Source: the human T2T-CHM13v2.0 reference genome, Homo sapiens
DNA: 64,000 bases
Reading direction: 5' to 3' (one strand)
NCBI RefSeq assembly: GCF_009914755.1
Contig: NC_060941.1
A program made the translations under genes and the position numbers. The notes beneath the pieces are model-generated. The model was not told where the DNA came from, searched no databases, and saw nothing but the letters and a program-made list of their open reading frames with translations. Shown here piece by piece: positions 60,900 to 64,000 of this stretch (position 1 is the stretch's first letter; the number at the start of each line of letters is the position of its first letter).

Positions 60900-61474
60900 T
60901 TAACTTGTTAATGAATTATCAGTGTGATAACAGGCTTTCTTTTTTGTTCCTAATTTTAAAGCTACTGGTGTTTCACCAGTGCAATTTTTGCATTGAAATA
61001 GGTATGTTTTATCCTGTTGAAAAATCCTTGAATTCTTAGGTTATAATTTTTTTAATGACTGCATTTTATCGAATTATATTTGGGGTGATTATTAAGATGA
61101 GTTTAACATCCTCCATTCTGGCCTTCATTTTTTTCAACAATCCTTTGTGGATTGAATGTGGAATGAATAATGAAATTCTCCCCTAGTGACAGAGCTGGAA
61201 TTGCAACCCAGGTATTCCAATTCCACCTCCCACCTTACTTGGCAAAATTAACGTTTCAGAAGGTATGTTTCCATTTTCAAAGGCGTGAACATCGCTTATT
61301 GCTGGAGGATCCGCAAACACAGGGAGATAAATGATGTGTTTTCGATAGAATTTCCTGTGTTGAACCCTTTTCAGGGCACCCAGGTTTTAATTGGAATTAG
61401 CAAAATAGGCCATACCCAAGCTTCTCCAAGAGTGACTATTAAACTTTAAAAACTTACTAAGACTGGAGGGTTCA

Positions 61475-61551
61475 CCCGGGAGGCGGAGCTTGCAGTGAGC
61501 CGAGATCGCGCCACTGCACTCCAGCCTGGGCGACAGAGCGAGACTCCGCCT

Positions 61552-61580
<29 letters not shown>
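61475..61580 (+). mobile_element. Young 5'-truncated AluY
   Basis: CpGs intact, ~30-nt pure poly-A, perfect 16-bp TSD aagactggagggttca. Confidence 0.96.
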
Positions 61581-61584
<4 letters not shown>

Positions 61585-61719
61585 CTGGAGGGTTCAATGA
61601 CAATGATTGAAACCTCACTTTGAAAGGGGAACTAGATGATTTTGACTAATAGTTAACTGAGACCTAAGTACCTGAGCCAAAGTAAAACACTCTTTGGATA
61701 TTCATTTCCAGATCCTCCC

Positions 61720-62110
61720 CACAGCCGCCACCGCAAAGCAGCGGAGCTCCTTCCCCGGTCCCTCCGGGCTTGCTGTCCGCTCTCCCTGCCGGCTGATCCA
61801 TGCATCCTCCTCTGTGTACCCCGCAGCAGTCGGCCCCCGTCGGTGCTTTCTCTCCTGGCTGCTTGCTTTCTGGGGCACTGGGGGAGACTTTTATTCTGCT
61901 CCAATTAGCCAGAACAGTTACTGCTTCTGTGGGATTCAAGCTGAAAACAGAGCCCACGCTGCACAGCACCGCGCCTCCTCCGGCAAAAGCGATGTTCAGG
62001 CGCTCTGCGAGCAGCACCCGTGGGGAGCTCAGTGACCTTCTCGCTCCCATCATCCCTTGGGCCACAGTTTCTAAAGCAGCCCCACAAACACTCACCTGAT
62101 TTCGGCGTCA
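61720..62110. promoter_or_regulatory. Small CpG-enriched non-repetitive patch (candidate regulatory element)
   Basis: Many CpGs retained outside any recognisable repeat. Confidence 0.35.
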
Positions 62111-62188
62111 GACCTATGAGGCAGGTAGGGAGGGGTTCTTCCTAACATCCTCATCTTACAAATGGAAACGGAGGCACAGGGAGGGTGA

Positions 62189-62547
<359 letters not shown>

Positions 62548-63152
62548 TGAAATCTGAGTCTTTCCTACCACACCACACTGTCTTCATGCAAGATAATCTG
62601 TTCTCCTTTCAAGCTTGAAATACAGAATTCAGATGTCTGCAATTGAAGGAGTTAAGTGCGCATTTGTTTAAATAACTTGAAGCTTCCAGGCATGTGGGAA
62701 TTTGCATGGGCTGCTGCAGGCTGGGTGGGGGACAGGGAATCCCTTGCTGTCCCAGCTTTTTTAATTCTCACAGAGTGGATTGTTCATTCTGATCCTCTTG
62801 GTGACCCACATGCTGAGCAGAGCGGTGGGTGGGTGGGCAGAGGGGAGAGGAGAGGGGGCCACCTAGGCTTGCCTTGGCAGAGGGCTTTGGTTCTACGGGT
62901 GAAAACTTGGTTTTGGCAGCTTGTTTGCGCTACTCCTAGCGTGCTCAGGGGAAGTCAGGAGGTTTTGTGCATGTTCCAATGCCTGTGGGATGTAAGAAAA
63001 AGATTCTGGGTCCAACTCCAGCTCCAGGCACCCAAGGGCAAGCTCTGCCTGGAGGGAAAGTTGGGCTTATCTGCCAGGCCAGGTGAGGAGGGGCTGGAAA
63101 GCAGGAAAGAAGCTAGCTGAACTCATTCTGAGTCAAGAGGAAACAGACGTGA

Positions 63153-63480
<328 letters not shown>

Positions 63481-64000
63481 TCGCGCCTTAGAAAAATCAT
63501 TCTTTAATCCCACCTTTCCCTCTAGCCACCAGCCCATCTCCCTGCCTCCCCCCTCACCCCAACAATAGAACTTAAAATAGCTGTACCCTGGCAGTCCTCA
63601 CTCCGTCACCTCCTACTCACCCTCTGACCCACCCTGGTCTGGCTCTGCCCCCACCTCCACTGGAACTGCATCTGTCCTTGACCATGTGTCCACTGTTGCC
63701 CACCGCTGACCTCTGCTTTGCTTGGCCAAACTTTTCTCAGACTTCTCTCTTGCCTGTGGGCCTCTAAACTCTGCTCTCCCCCAAGCCTGGGCATGCACAA
63801 GAAAGTAGAAATCACCCCGCACCAACCAACCTCTCCTGGGAATTATTGACCAGAGTGGACATTTCCCAGACCCACTGGGCATGAGCTCTTGTGTGTCCAG
63901 CTTCCCCTCGGAATATTCTGCCTCTCTCTGCTTGCTCCTGCTTTGCTCAGTGAAAGATACCCTTCTGTTTGATCATGAGGCACTTGCAGATTTCTGAGCT

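Noticed and set aside
61770-62030. REST/RE1-like half sites (cagcacc, gctgtcc)
   Set aside because: Halves are not in canonical spacing or orientation

Overview
Hominid (human or great-ape-like) genomic DNA, indicated by an SVA, AluY and L1PA copies. I find no supportable protein-coding gene, tRNA, rRNA or CRISPR array; the ORF track is explained by Alu/L1/SVA/LTR sequence, low-complexity repeats or chance. Most of the window is interspersed repeat: about 30 Alus, L1s of several ages, L2/MIR/CR1, MaLR/ERVL LTRs, Tigger3 and MER5A. The main feature is a ~6 kb C-poor minisatellite (12049-18037, core unit GTGGTGGTGATGGDG). All its length variants are multiples of 3, so five of six frames stay open. 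It has nested internal duplications (1755-bp period) and most units match the degenerate PRDM9 13-mer. Other notable structures: a near-perfect 71-bp palindrome (19919-19989); a ~150-bp inverted templated insertion inside Tigger3; a U6-L1 chimeric retrocopy split by an AluY; two twin-primed L1s; a trimeric Alu; and a three-level nest (L1MC > retroposed polyadenylated genomic fragment > SVA with its own 3' transduction). Repeat subfamily names come from recalled consensus sequences and boundaries of old repeats are approximate. I cannot assign the chromosomal locus, and I see no evidence for a new functional gene system beyond the hypotheses listed.
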